NCBI GenBank assembly: GCA_024710405.1
Contig: JANJUV010000008.1
Span: 3,695 to 67,694, forward strand
Origin: Bacteroidales bacterium
GTDB taxonomy: Bacteria; Bacteroidota; Bacteroidia; Bacteroidales; F082
Length of the DNA stretch: 64,000 nucleotides
Direction: 5' to 3'
Shown here piece after piece: positions 37,335 to 46,633 of this stretch; positions within the stretch are counted from its first letter, which is position 1, and each line of letters starts with the position of its first letter. A program made the position numbers and the translations under genes. The notes beneath the pieces are model-generated. The model ran no database searches. It had not been told where the DNA came from and saw nothing but the letters and a program-made list of their open reading frames with translations.

Positions 37335-38828
37335 ATGCAGAATCGTTTTGTAAAAAATCTTGCCCTTTTACTATTTCTTAACCTACTGGTCAAGCCGTTC
37401 TGGATATTGGGAATCGACAGAACCGTACAGAACGAGGTAGGCGAAGTGATGTTCGGGCTTTATTTCTCTCTGTTCAACTTCTCCTACCTGTTCTATATAT
37501 TACTTGATCTGGGCATCACAAACTTCAACAACCGAAACATTGCCCAAAACAATCAATTGCTCAGCAAACACTTTCCCGGAATAGCCACCATGAAGCTGAT
37601 GCTTGGTGTACTTTATGCAGCAGTAGTTTTCGGAGTCGGGTTAACATATGGGTACAGAGGTGAGGAGTTGGTTCTGCTTTCTTGGGTTGTGCTTAATCAC
37701 GTTCTTCTGTCATTCATACTCTACATTCGTTCTAATTTCAGTGGTTTATTGCTTTTCAGGACAGACAGCTTTTTATCCGTTCTGGACAAATTACTGATGA
37801 TTCTTATATGTGGCTTTCTGCTTTGGTCGGGATTCATCCATCAGCCATTTCAACTGTTTTGGTTCGTGTATGCCCAGTCAGCCGCTTACGCGATCACATT
37901 TATCGTTGCATTTATTTTGTTGCTGCCGAGACTTGGAACCATCAGATTCAGTTTTAACTGGCCTTTCTCGGTAATGATTATCAGGCGAAGTCTGCCGTTT
38001 GCCTTACTTGTGCTGTTAATGAGTTTTTACAGCCGCATAGAGCCGGTATTGCTTACCTGGCTGCTGCCGGGTGAAACAGGACTTCACCAATCAGGGATTT
38101 ATGCTCAGTCCTTCAGGCTTCTTGATGCCGGCAACAATATTGCATTGCTGTTTTCTGTACTTCTCCTTCCTTTGTTTGCCTCTCTGATTAAAATGAAAGA
38201 GCCGGTGGATGGTTTGGTTAAGGTATGTTTCACGCTGATGCTGTTGATGTCGGTGTTGGTTTCGGCTGTTTCATGGTTTTTCAGCCGCGAAATAATCGAA
38301 TTGCTGTATGGAATCCGCGATGGAGAAATAATTGCTGATTATCAAACCAGAGTCGATGAAGCTTCTGTTGTGTTTAGCCTGCTGATGAGCAGTTTTATTG
38401 CCATCTCTTCAACCTACGTTTTTGGAACCTTGCTCACAGCCAACGGCAGCCTTAAAAACCTTAATTTCATTGCAGCCTCCGGCGTAGTGTTGAACCTGTC
38501 GCTGAACCTGTTGCTGATTCCGGAATGGACAGCTGCCGGAGCTGCAGTCGCAAGCCTCTCTGCTCAGTTTTATACCGCAGTGATGCAATTCATATTGGCT
38601 AGAAAAACATTCGGACTAAACTTTCGGGCCAGATTCTGGCTTAGTTTTCTGGCATATATTATTGTCTTGATATCCTTTATGTCAGTTTTTAGTGCTTTCA
38701 ACCTTCACTGGATATTAAATATTCTCTTATCATCAACCGTGGGGATACTTTCGGCGATATTTCTAAAAATAATTCCTTATCAAAGTATTGTGGCTCTTTT
38801 CAGGAAAGCAGCAGAAACAAGGGACTGA
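37335..38828 (+). CDS. Polysaccharide/oligosaccharide flippase (MOP superfamily, Wzx-like)
   Basis: 497 aa with about 12-14 TM helices. Sits in a polysaccharide locus. Confidence 0.78.
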   Translation: MQNRFVKNLALLLFLNLLVKPFWILGIDRTVQNEVGEVMFGLYFSLFNFSYLFYILLDLGITNFNNRNIAQNNQLLSKHFPGIATMKLMLGVLYAAVVFGVGLTYGYRGEELVLLSWVVLNHVLLSFILYIRSNFSGLLLFRTDSFLSVLDKLLMILICGFLLWSGFIHQPFQLFWFVYAQSAAYAITFIVAFILLLPRLGTIRFSFNWPFSVMIIRRSLPFALLVLLMSFYSRIEPVLLTWLLPGETGLHQSGIYAQSFRLLDAGNNIALLFSVLLLPLFASLIKMKEPVDGLVKVCFTLMLLMSVLVSAVSWFFSREIIELLYGIRDGEIIADYQTRVDEASVVFSLLMSSFIAISSTYVFGTLLTANGSLKNLNFIAASGVVLNLSLNLLLIPEWTAAGAAVASLSAQFYTAVMQFILARKTFGLNFRARFWLSFLAYIIVLISFMSVFSAFNLHWILNILLSSTVGILSAIFLKIIPYQSIVALFRKAAETRD

Positions 38829-38960
38829 CAAGCCATGTATAGTTGAAGGCTAAAGTTGGTATGGACACAGCAACAGCAAAACCGACATTGCATAAAGCAT
38901 TCTTAATCTGCAAATTTCTATCTTATGTTAAGAAAGTTGTAAATACTGGTTTAATTTTCC

Positions 38961-38968
38961 TAATTTTG
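38961..38968 (+). promoter_or_regulatory. Candidate -7 box TAATTTTG upstream of the first Wzz-like gene (a second copy lies at 38977..38984)
   Basis: Two TAATTTTG matches lie within 25 nt, upstream of ATG 38991. Confidence 0.35.
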
Positions 38969-38990
38969 GCCACTTATAATTTTGAAGGTC

Positions 38991-40043
38991 ATGCACAACA
39001 CCGGAACCGGGGATATTGATTCGAAATCGTTGTTTAGGTTGTTGCTCCAGTACAAAAACCATATTTTCGTGATAATTGCTGCGGCTGCACTGTCGTCCTA
39101 CGTTTTCACACTACCTTTTTTTATTACCCCATTATATAAGTCAACTGTTGTTCTGTATCCAACATCTACCAACTCTATATCCAAAGCTTTGCTGAGCACC
39201 ACCTTCAACAGCAACAAAGATCTGCTTGAATTTGGTGAAGATGAACAAACTGAGCGGATGCTTCAGATTCTGAGTTCAAACAAGATCCGCGACAGGATTA
39301 TCGAAAAATTTAACCTGTCGGAACATTACAACATAAGCGAAAACAGCAAATACCGGCTCACACGTTTGTATCGCGAATATGAGAGCAAAGTTCGTTTTCG
39401 CCGCACCGAATACATGGCCGTTAAAATTACTGTGGTGGATAAAGATGCTTCAGTTGCAGCCAACATTGCCAATGAGATTGCTGAACTGTTTGACTCAACC
39501 ATGAATGCCATGCAGAAAGAGGTTGCCGTCAAGGCATTTCGGATTGTTGAAAATGAGTACCTTAAGCTACGCGATCAGGTAGCTTTTATGGAAGACTCAT
39601 TAAATGAAATAAGGCGACTTGGTGTGCATGACTATGAAAGCCAGGCCGAAATGATGAACCAGCAATTGGCCATTGAACTGGCTAAAGGAAACAAAGAAGG
39701 CATAAAACGGCTTGAAGAAAAACTGGAAGTATTGTCACGATACGGAGGAACATATGTTTCTATCAGGGATATGCTTGAGCATGAGCGCAAGCAATTGTCA
39801 CAGATTAAAGCTAAATATGATGAAGCAAAGGTTGATGCAAACGAGAACCTGCCTCACAAATTTGTAGTAACTAATGCATTCGCTGCAGAACGCAAATCCT
39901 ATCCTATTCGCTGGCTTATTATGGTTATTGCCGTTTCCTCGGCTTTCTTCCTTTCCATTTTTGCAGTGATCGCTTTGGATAAAATTCAATTAACTCAAAA
40001 AAAAAAGTCAGTTTCGACTGGAGACCAAAACTTCCTAAATTAA
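38991..40043 (+). CDS. Wzz-like polysaccharide chain-length determinant, paralog 1 (no kinase domain)
   Basis: TM helix (FVIIAAAALSSYVFTL) plus the FITPLYKS motif, a long coiled periplasmic region, and a C-terminal TM (IRWLIMVIAVSSAFFLSIFAVIAL). This is the PCP topology. Confidence 0.7.
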   Translation: MHNTGTGDIDSKSLFRLLLQYKNHIFVIIAAAALSSYVFTLPFFITPLYKSTVVLYPTSTNSISKALLSTTFNSNKDLLEFGEDEQTERMLQILSSNKIRDRIIEKFNLSEHYNISENSKYRLTRLYREYESKVRFRRTEYMAVKITVVDKDASVAANIANEIAELFDSTMNAMQKEVAVKAFRIVENEYLKLRDQVAFMEDSLNEIRRLGVHDYESQAEMMNQQLAIELAKGNKEGIKRLEEKLEVLSRYGGTYVSIRDMLEHERKQLSQIKAKYDEAKVDANENLPHKFVVTNAFAAERKSYPIRWLIMVIAVSSAFFLSIFAVIALDKIQLTQKKKSVSTGDQNFLN

Positions 40044-40096
40044 TAATCATACCTCAAAGAAATCAACAAGTAATAAAACAGCCTAAAACCAACGTC

Positions 40097-41074
40097 ATGG
40101 ACAACTATTTTAACAATACAGCTATCGTAAGACTGATTCTGAAATGGAAGGTGCACCTGGCGGTAATTACTGTAATTGCAGCAGTGTTGGGCGCCATTTT
40201 CTCAGGGCCAATGTTTATAACCCCCCTGTATAAATCCGAAGCAGTAGTCTACCCTGCAAACATTGATAGTTATTCTGAAGAAAGTTCGACTGAACAAATG
40301 TTGCAACTCCTTCAATCGCAGGATATTATTGATTCAATGATTCGTATATTCAACCTAGCTGAACATTATAAGATTGACCCGGATTATAAGTTTTACCGCA
40401 CTGCATTACTCTATGAATATCAGCAAAGTGTTAAAATCAGCAAAACACCTTATGAAGCAGTTAGCATCGTGGTGCGCGACAAAGATCCGCTGAGAGCCGC
40501 CAAAATGGTGGAAGAGATACTGAGGTTATATGATGTAAAAGTGTCAGGTTTGCATAAAGCAAAATACAGAGAAGTTGTTGATATGTACAAAAATCAATTA
40601 AATCTCAAAAAAGAGTTGATTGATTCTCTTCAGCATAGACTTTACATACTAGGAACTGAATATGGCTTGATCGACTATTCCATGCAGTCGCAGGAAATCA
40701 TGAGGGGCTATCTGCGCACAGTCTATGGCAACAACGCAGGAACCATCAACAGTTCCGGCGTAAACGAACTGAAAAAGAACATTGAGCAAAGAGGGGGAGA
40801 ACTACTGGTTATTGTAGAAATGCTACAGCATGAAGCACGAACATTTGTTGATGTAAAAGTTGAATATGAGCAGATTCTGAGGTTCTACAACGCGAAGATG
40901 ACTTATTCAAATATTGTTTCTTACCCCTACACTGCCGATAAAAAAGCCTATCCGGTCCGGTGGATTATTGTGCTCATTTCGATGGTTGGAGCATTACTGC
41001 TTTCAGCATTGGTTATCGTTACCATCGAAAACAGGCATGCTTTTCTGGCACACGGACAATCACCACAAAACTAA
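40097..41074 (+). CDS. Wzz-like polysaccharide chain-length determinant, paralog 2
   Basis: Same architecture as paralog 1 and clearly homologous: MFITPLYKSEAVVYPAN versus FFITPLYKSTVVLYPTS, and C-terminal YPVRWIIVLISMVGALLLSALVIV versus YPIRWLIMVIAVSSAFFLSIFAVI. Confidence 0.7.
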   Translation: MDNYFNNTAIVRLILKWKVHLAVITVIAAVLGAIFSGPMFITPLYKSEAVVYPANIDSYSEESSTEQMLQLLQSQDIIDSMIRIFNLAEHYKIDPDYKFYRTALLYEYQQSVKISKTPYEAVSIVVRDKDPLRAAKMVEEILRLYDVKVSGLHKAKYREVVDMYKNQLNLKKELIDSLQHRLYILGTEYGLIDYSMQSQEIMRGYLRTVYGNNAGTINSSGVNELKKNIEQRGGELLVIVEMLQHEARTFVDVKVEYEQILRFYNAKMTYSNIVSYPYTADKKAYPVRWIIVLISMVGALLLSALVIVTIENRHAFLAHGQSPQN

Positions 41075-41082
41075 CCGCCACT

Positions 41083-42567
41083 TTGAGTGATAAAGCTAAA
41101 ATAGGCTGGCTCTATGCCATAGCATTTATCTTTTTGTCCATCAACCTGTATCTGGTGGTACACAAAGATGTATTCTGGTTTTTTTCGTTGCCACTGGTAT
41201 TGATGGTTTTGCTTCTTTATGTATTTTCACTCGATAAAGTCCTGTTGCTCATTACCTTTCTTACACCTCTATCGCTTGATATACAGGACATGGATATTGG
41301 ACTTGGAGTAGCCCTGCCAACCGAACCTCTAATGTTTGGTGTGCTAATCCTCTTTATTGCCAAGCTTATATATGAAGGGAAGTACGACAGACGTATCGCC
41401 AGGCACCCATTATCAATAGCTATCTACCTGATGTTTTTCTGGATGCTCATCACAACCCTGACCAGCGAAATTCCTATCGTATCCTTAAAATTTCTTGTTG
41501 CCAGACTTTGGTTTGTGATTCCGTTTTTCTTTGTTGCGGCATTGGCATTTCGTAATATCAGATACATACATTGGTTTATCTGGCTCTATAACATTGCATT
41601 GATTTTTGTGATCGGATACACCATTGTACGACATGCAAGCTATGGTTTCAGTGACAACTCGGCACACTGGGTTATGGCTCCGCTGTATAATGACCATACA
41701 GCGTATGGGGCAGCACTAGCTATATATCTGATTATGACGATTGGGTATCTATTCTACCCCGGTCTGACAAAAACTCAGCGACTGCTTGCCTTGATTATGG
41801 TCGTAATCCTGGCAACAGCAACACTGTTTTCGCTCAGCCGGGCTGCCTGGATCAGTCTGGCGGCATCGCTTCTTGTATTAATTGCAGTATGGCTCAAGAT
41901 AAAATTCAGGTGGATCATAACAACTTTGGTCATATTCATAACAGCATTTTTTACTTTTCAGCATCAGATAATCGATGTTCTCGAAAAAAACAAGCAGGAT
42001 TCTTCTGCTGACTTTGTAGAACACGTTCAATCCATTTATAACATATCATCAGATGCATCCAATCTGGAAAGAATTAACAGGTGGCAATCTGCCATCAGAC
42101 TTTTTCAGGAACGACCGGTCCTTGGATGGGGACCGGGGACTTACCAATTTGTTTATGGTCCTTTTCAGCAATCCAAACAAAAAACAATTATCAGTACTAA
42201 TGCCGGCGACATGGGTAATGCACACAGCGAGTATATCGGCCCGCTTTCTGAAATGGGATTGCCCGGAATGCTCATCATTATTCTTCTTGTATCACTTATG
42301 ATATTTACGGGACTAATGGCCCACAAAAAATCGAAAACGAAGGAAGCAAAAATTATCAGCCTATCAGCTACACTTGCATTATTCAGCTATTTTGTGCACG
42401 GATTTCTGAATAACTTTCTGGATACCGACAAATTAAGTGTACCGGTATGGGGTCTTGCCGCCATTCTTGTAGTTTCTGACCTCTATCTTTCCGAAAAAGA
42501 TACTTTCGACCTATCAGGCAAACAATCCGGCAATCAGGTAAGCAATTCCATGCAGCAGCAAAATTAG
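41083..42567 (+). CDS. O-antigen ligase/polymerase family (Wzy_C) membrane protein
   Basis: Polytopic, with a large loop (RINRWQSAIRLFQERPVLGWGPGTY...NAHSEYIGPLSEMGLPG) typical of the O-antigen ligase family. The start is uncertain. TTG 41083 lies 9 nt after the upstream stop. The track's GTG 40960 would overlap the previous gene by 115 nt. Confidence 0.75.
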   Translation: MSDKAKIGWLYAIAFIFLSINLYLVVHKDVFWFFSLPLVLMVLLLYVFSLDKVLLLITFLTPLSLDIQDMDIGLGVALPTEPLMFGVLILFIAKLIYEGKYDRRIARHPLSIAIYLMFFWMLITTLTSEIPIVSLKFLVARLWFVIPFFFVAALAFRNIRYIHWFIWLYNIALIFVIGYTIVRHASYGFSDNSAHWVMAPLYNDHTAYGAALAIYLIMTIGYLFYPGLTKTQRLLALIMVVILATATLFSLSRAAWISLAASLLVLIAVWLKIKFRWIITTLVIFITAFFTFQHQIIDVLEKNKQDSSADFVEHVQSIYNISSDASNLERINRWQSAIRLFQERPVLGWGPGTYQFVYGPFQQSKQKTIISTNAGDMGNAHSEYIGPLSEMGLPGMLIIILLVSLMIFTGLMAHKKSKTKEAKIISLSATLALFSYFVHGFLNNFLDTDKLSVPVWGLAAILVVSDLYLSEKDTFDLSGKQSGNQVSNSMQQQN

Positions 42568-42612
42568 TTTCTTAACAAGCTTTTATCACTATATCTTTGT
42601 TTACTTATTCAA

Positions 42613-42642
42613 AAACAAATAGTTAACACTTAACTATTGTTT
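42613..42642 (+). terminator. AT-rich hairpin after the polysaccharide cluster (possible terminator)
   Basis: AAACAAATAGTTAA, loop CAC, then TTAACTATTGTTT. The stem is about 13 bp with one bulge. There is no strong T tail. Confidence 0.4.
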
Positions 42643-42687
42643 ACAGTCTTTAACACTTTTTAACGATACTTCCAGATTCCACTTCTT

Positions 42688-42695
42688 TATCTTTG
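42688..42695 (+). promoter_or_regulatory. Candidate -7 box TATCTTTG upstream of the MoxR/Bat operon
   Basis: Matches TAnnTTTG. Lies 27 nt upstream of ATG 42722. A second TATCTTTG lies at 42592..42599. Confidence 0.45.
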
Positions 42696-42721
42696 CGCTT
42701 CAAATTTAAACCCAGTCACGT

Positions 42722-43714
42722 ATGTTAGTAACCGATATCAGGGAACTCAATGAGAAAATCCAGCAAGAAAGTCAGTTTCTGGATCTTATCAATCTGGAAA
42801 TGAACAAAGTAATTATTGGTCAGAAATCCATGACAGAGCGTTTGATGATTGGATTACTTGCCAACGGACACATTCTCCTTGAAGGAGTTCCCGGTCTTGC
42901 CAAAACACTGGCAATCAAATCACTCGCCAATATCATCAAGGCAGATTTCAGCCGGATTCAATTCACTCCTGACCTTTTGCCAGCCGACCTTATTGGCACC
43001 TTAATCTATAGCCAGAAGAAAGAAGAATTCGTTGTCAGAAAGGGGCCAATATTCGCCAATTTCATTCTGGCTGATGAAATTAACCGTTCTCCTGCAAAAG
43101 TTCAGAGCGCATTGCTCGAAGCCATGCAGGAAAAACAAGTTACTATCGGAGACCAAACGTTTAAGTTGCCCGATCCATTCCTTGTGATGGCAACACAAAA
43201 TCCCATCGAACAAGAAGGAACCTATCCTCTTCCCGAAGCACAGGTGGACAGGTTTATGCTAAAGGTTGTGATTACTTATCCGGCAAAAGAGGAAGAAAAG
43301 CTGATATTGCGCCAAAACATTACAAATGATCTGATGCAAACCTCAGGTGTTATTTCAACCGCTGATATTATCAAAGCCCGCAACGTTGTTAGGGAAATTT
43401 ATCTGGATGAAAAAATTGAAAACTATATTACCGATATCGTATTTTCAAGCAGATTTCCTGCGCAATACAGGTTAAAGAGATTTGAAAACATGATATCATA
43501 CGGAGCTTCTCCCCGTGCCTCAATCAATCTTGCTCTGGCATCCAAAGCTTATGCATTCCTGAAAAAACGCGGATACGTTATTCCTGAAGATGTCAGGGCA
43601 ATAGCCCAGGACGTGATGCGCCACAGAATAGGACTGACCTATGAAGCCGAAGCAGAAAACATTACTACTGAAGAAATCATCAGCGAAATTTTAAATACCG
43701 TTGAAGTGCCATAG
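42722..43714 (+). CDS. MoxR-family AAA+ ATPase
   Basis: Walker A LEGVPGLAKT, Walker B FILADEINRSPAKVQSALLEAMQE, and ATQNPIEQEGTYPLPEAQVDRF. Confidence 0.95.
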   Translation: MLVTDIRELNEKIQQESQFLDLINLEMNKVIIGQKSMTERLMIGLLANGHILLEGVPGLAKTLAIKSLANIIKADFSRIQFTPDLLPADLIGTLIYSQKKEEFVVRKGPIFANFILADEINRSPAKVQSALLEAMQEKQVTIGDQTFKLPDPFLVMATQNPIEQEGTYPLPEAQVDRFMLKVVITYPAKEEEKLILRQNITNDLMQTSGVISTADIIKARNVVREIYLDEKIENYITDIVFSSRFPAQYRLKRFENMISYGASPRASINLALASKAYAFLKKRGYVIPEDVRAIAQDVMRHRIGLTYEAEAENITTEEIISEILNTVEVP

Positions 43715-43746
43715 TTTATTCCGTACCTGAAAATTGCCTTTCACGC

Positions 43747-44625
43747 ATGACAGAAGCGAGTGAAATATTCAAAAGGGTCAGGAAAATCGAGATCAAAACA
43801 CGTGGTCTTTCACAGCAGATTTTCTCAGGTCACTATCATAGTGCCTTTAAAGGTAAAGGTATGGCTTTCAGTGAAGTCAGGGAATATCAATATGGCGATG
43901 ACATCCGTAGCATTGATTGGAATGTAACTGCACGATTTAACCATCCTTATGTGAAAATATTTGACGAGGAACGCGAACTTACCGTTATGCTGCTGGTTGA
44001 TGTTTCCGGATCCAACGATTTTGGTTCTGGTCAGCAACTCAAACGATTGCTCGCAGCAGAACTTACTGCTGTTCTGGCGTTTTCTGCAATTCAGAATAAC
44101 GACAAAGTCGGTGTGATTTTTTTTAGCAATACAGTGGAAAAGTTCATTCCTCCCAAAAAAGGGACTTCGCACATCCTCAGGATAATACGTGAGATTATAA
44201 GTTTTAAACCGACCGAAAGAAAAACTGATGTGGCAGTTGCTCTGAGGTTTTTGACCAGTGCAATTAAAAAAAGGTCTACCGCCTTTGTTATTTCGGATTT
44301 CATTACCGTAGATTTTCTGCAGGAATTGCGCATGGCTTCGCGAAAACATGATGTTGTTGCCCTTCGCATTACGGATAAACGCGAAAACGAATTGCCGGCA
44401 ATCGGACTTGTACGCTTTAAAGATGCTGAAACAGGGCAGGAACATTGGATCGACACTTCACATATTGCTTCCCGTAACCATTATGTGAAATTCATACGGT
44501 CAAAAAGCCGCGAACTCGATGAAGTTTTTTCCAAAACCGGCGTAGATCATTGTTTGATTTTTACTGATCAGGATTATGTGAAACCCTTGATGAAACTGTT
44601 CAAAACAAGAGAATCAAGATTATGA
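43747..44625 (+). CDS. DUF58 (vWA-like) protein
   Basis: Carries REYQYGDDIRSIDWNVTAR and LLVDVSGS. The position after MoxR is canonical. Confidence 0.9.
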   Translation: MTEASEIFKRVRKIEIKTRGLSQQIFSGHYHSAFKGKGMAFSEVREYQYGDDIRSIDWNVTARFNHPYVKIFDEERELTVMLLVDVSGSNDFGSGQQLKRLLAAELTAVLAFSAIQNNDKVGVIFFSNTVEKFIPPKKGTSHILRIIREIISFKPTERKTDVAVALRFLTSAIKKRSTAFVISDFITVDFLQELRMASRKHDVVALRITDKRENELPAIGLVRFKDAETGQEHWIDTSHIASRNHYVKFIRSKSRELDEVFSKTGVDHCLIFTDQDYVKPLMKLFKTRESRL

Positions 44626-45620
44626 AGATAAGCAGATTAATAAAATCTTTTCTCCTTGGTTTCGTTTTATTATTGAGTGGGCCTGCGCTCAATCAGAACG
44701 TTGAGGCTTTCATCACCGTGCCTTCCGACTCTATACTTGTCGGGCAACGCTTACCGCTTGATATTACCATAAATCTTCCCGAACAATTCACTGTCAGATG
44801 GCCAAAATTCGGAGACACCCTGATAAAAAACATTGAAATTCTCAAAGCAGAAGAACCTGCTAGGCAAAAGTCGTCAGTGGCAGGCCAGGCATCCTTCAGT
44901 CAGCGACTTTACCTGACTTCATTCGACACCGGGTTTTATTATCTGCCAGCCATTCCGGTTGAGTTTTCAACCGGGCCTGACACTGTTTTCTATCAGGCAC
45001 TTACAAATCCGTTAATGATATATGTTGGTTCTGTTGATGTAGACACTGCCGGCACTTTCAAACCCATAAAGGATAATGTGAGCGTTCCCCTGACTTTTGC
45101 AGAAGTGTTACCCTGGATTATCGGGATTCTCGGATTGGCACTCCTGATCTTTCTCATCTTACGATTTGTTGTGAGACGAGGAAGTCGTCTGGAAACCATC
45201 GCCGAAAAAATAATACCAACCATTCCACCGCATATTCATGCGTTAAATGAACTTGAAGAACTCAGGCACAGCAAGTTATGGCAATCCGGCCAAATAAAGT
45301 TATATTACACAAGACTTTCTGAGATTGTGCGGGTCTATTTGGAAAACCAGTTTTCGATATTGGCTGTTGAAATGACTACTGATGAAATACTCGGAGCAAT
45401 AAGACCGTTAGAAATCAACGCAGAAGCAACAAATAAACTGAGCACAGCTCTGCAGCTTTCCGATTTGGTGAAGTTTGCCAAAGCGCAACCTTCAGCTCTA
45501 GAGCATGAAATTTGTCTGCAGCATATGATCGATTTTGTGCAGGAAAGCTATGGAAATCTGATTGCTGCTGCCAATGACACAGAAGAGGATTTTACTAATG
45601 ACAAACAGGTAAACCGGTAA
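44622..45620 (+). CDS. Bat-operon membrane protein (DUF4381-like C-terminal half)
   Basis: Signal peptide, an extracytoplasmic N-terminal domain and a single TM (VLPWIIGILGLALLIFLILRF). The cytoplasmic tail is LNELEELRHSKLWQSGQIKLYYTRLSEIVRVYLENQF. Overlaps DUF58 by 4 nt. Confidence 0.65.
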   Translation: MKISRLIKSFLLGFVLLLSGPALNQNVEAFITVPSDSILVGQRLPLDITINLPEQFTVRWPKFGDTLIKNIEILKAEEPARQKSSVAGQASFSQRLYLTSFDTGFYYLPAIPVEFSTGPDTVFYQALTNPLMIYVGSVDVDTAGTFKPIKDNVSVPLTFAEVLPWIIGILGLALLIFLILRFVVRRGSRLETIAEKIIPTIPPHIHALNELEELRHSKLWQSGQIKLYYTRLSEIVRVYLENQFSILAVEMTTDEILGAIRPLEINAEATNKLSTALQLSDLVKFAKAQPSALEHEICLQHMIDFVQESYGNLIAAANDTEEDFTNDKQVNR

Positions 45621-45623
45621 ACC

Positions 45624-46619
45624 ATGCTAAACGAAATAGTTTTTGCCAATCCGGAACTTTTATATTTATTGATTCTTATTCCTGTATTGGTCATCTGGTA
45701 TGTCTGGCGGGGGACAAAACAGTATGCCACATTACAGGTTTCAGATGGCACAATGCTGGTGGATACACCAAAAAGCTTAAGGTTGCACTTCAGGCATTTG
45801 CCGTTTGTATTGCGTCTGGCCGCCCTTTCAGCTTTGATAGTGGCAGTTGCGCGTCCGCAAAGCAGCTCGTCAGGCACCAATATGACTATTGAAGGTATTG
45901 ACATAGTGCTTGCTCTGGATGTTTCCGGAAGTATGCTGGCCCGCGATCTTAAACCCGACAGACTTGAAGCTTCAAAAAACGTTGCCATGGATTTTATAAA
46001 AGGGAGGCCAGGCGACAGAATTGGTTTAGTTATTTTCAGCGGTGAAACATTTACTCAGGTCCCTCTGACGACTGACCACTCCATTATCCTCAATATGTTT
46101 AAAGGGATAAAAAGCGGTATGATCAAAGATGGCACAGCCATTGGCGATGGACTGGCAACTTCGGTCAACAGACTGCGCGACAGCAAAGCCATTTCTAAGG
46201 TCATCATCCTATTGACAGATGGTGTTAACAATGCCGGCTCTGTCGACCCTCTTACAGCAGCTGAAATAGCGAAGGTTTTCGGAGTAAGGGTGTACACTAT
46301 TGGTGCAGGAAGCTATGGCACTGCTCCTTATCCTGTTCAAACTCCGTTCGGTGTTCAATTGCGTGATGTTGAGGTGGAAATCGATGAAGCTTTGCTTAAA
46401 CAAATTGCTGATCAAACCGGTGGGAATTACTATCGTGCCACATCCAACCAAAGACTCGAAGAAATCTATAAAGAGATTGATGCTCTCGAGAAATCAAAAA
46501 TTGATGTCACTGAGTTTAGTCGTAAACATGAAGAGTTTTTGCCAATTCTTCTGCTTGCTCTGCTGTTTATAATTGCTGAGTTTTTGCTTAAACAAACAAT
46601 CTTAAGAGTTCAAACATAG
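45624..46619 (+). CDS. batA: vWA-domain aerotolerance protein BatA
   Basis: N-terminal TM, a vWA MIDAS motif (VLALDVSGSMLARD), LLTDGVNNAG and a C-terminal TM. 331 aa. Confidence 0.85.
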   Translation: MLNEIVFANPELLYLLILIPVLVIWYVWRGTKQYATLQVSDGTMLVDTPKSLRLHFRHLPFVLRLAALSALIVAVARPQSSSSGTNMTIEGIDIVLALDVSGSMLARDLKPDRLEASKNVAMDFIKGRPGDRIGLVIFSGETFTQVPLTTDHSIILNMFKGIKSGMIKDGTAIGDGLATSVNRLRDSKAISKVIILLTDGVNNAGSVDPLTAAEIAKVFGVRVYTIGAGSYGTAPYPVQTPFGVQLRDVEVEIDEALLKQIADQTGGNYYRATSNQRLEEIYKEIDALEKSKIDVTEFSRKHEEFLPILLLALLFIIAEFLLKQTILRVQT

Positions 46620-46633
46620 TCAATGTAAAGGAT

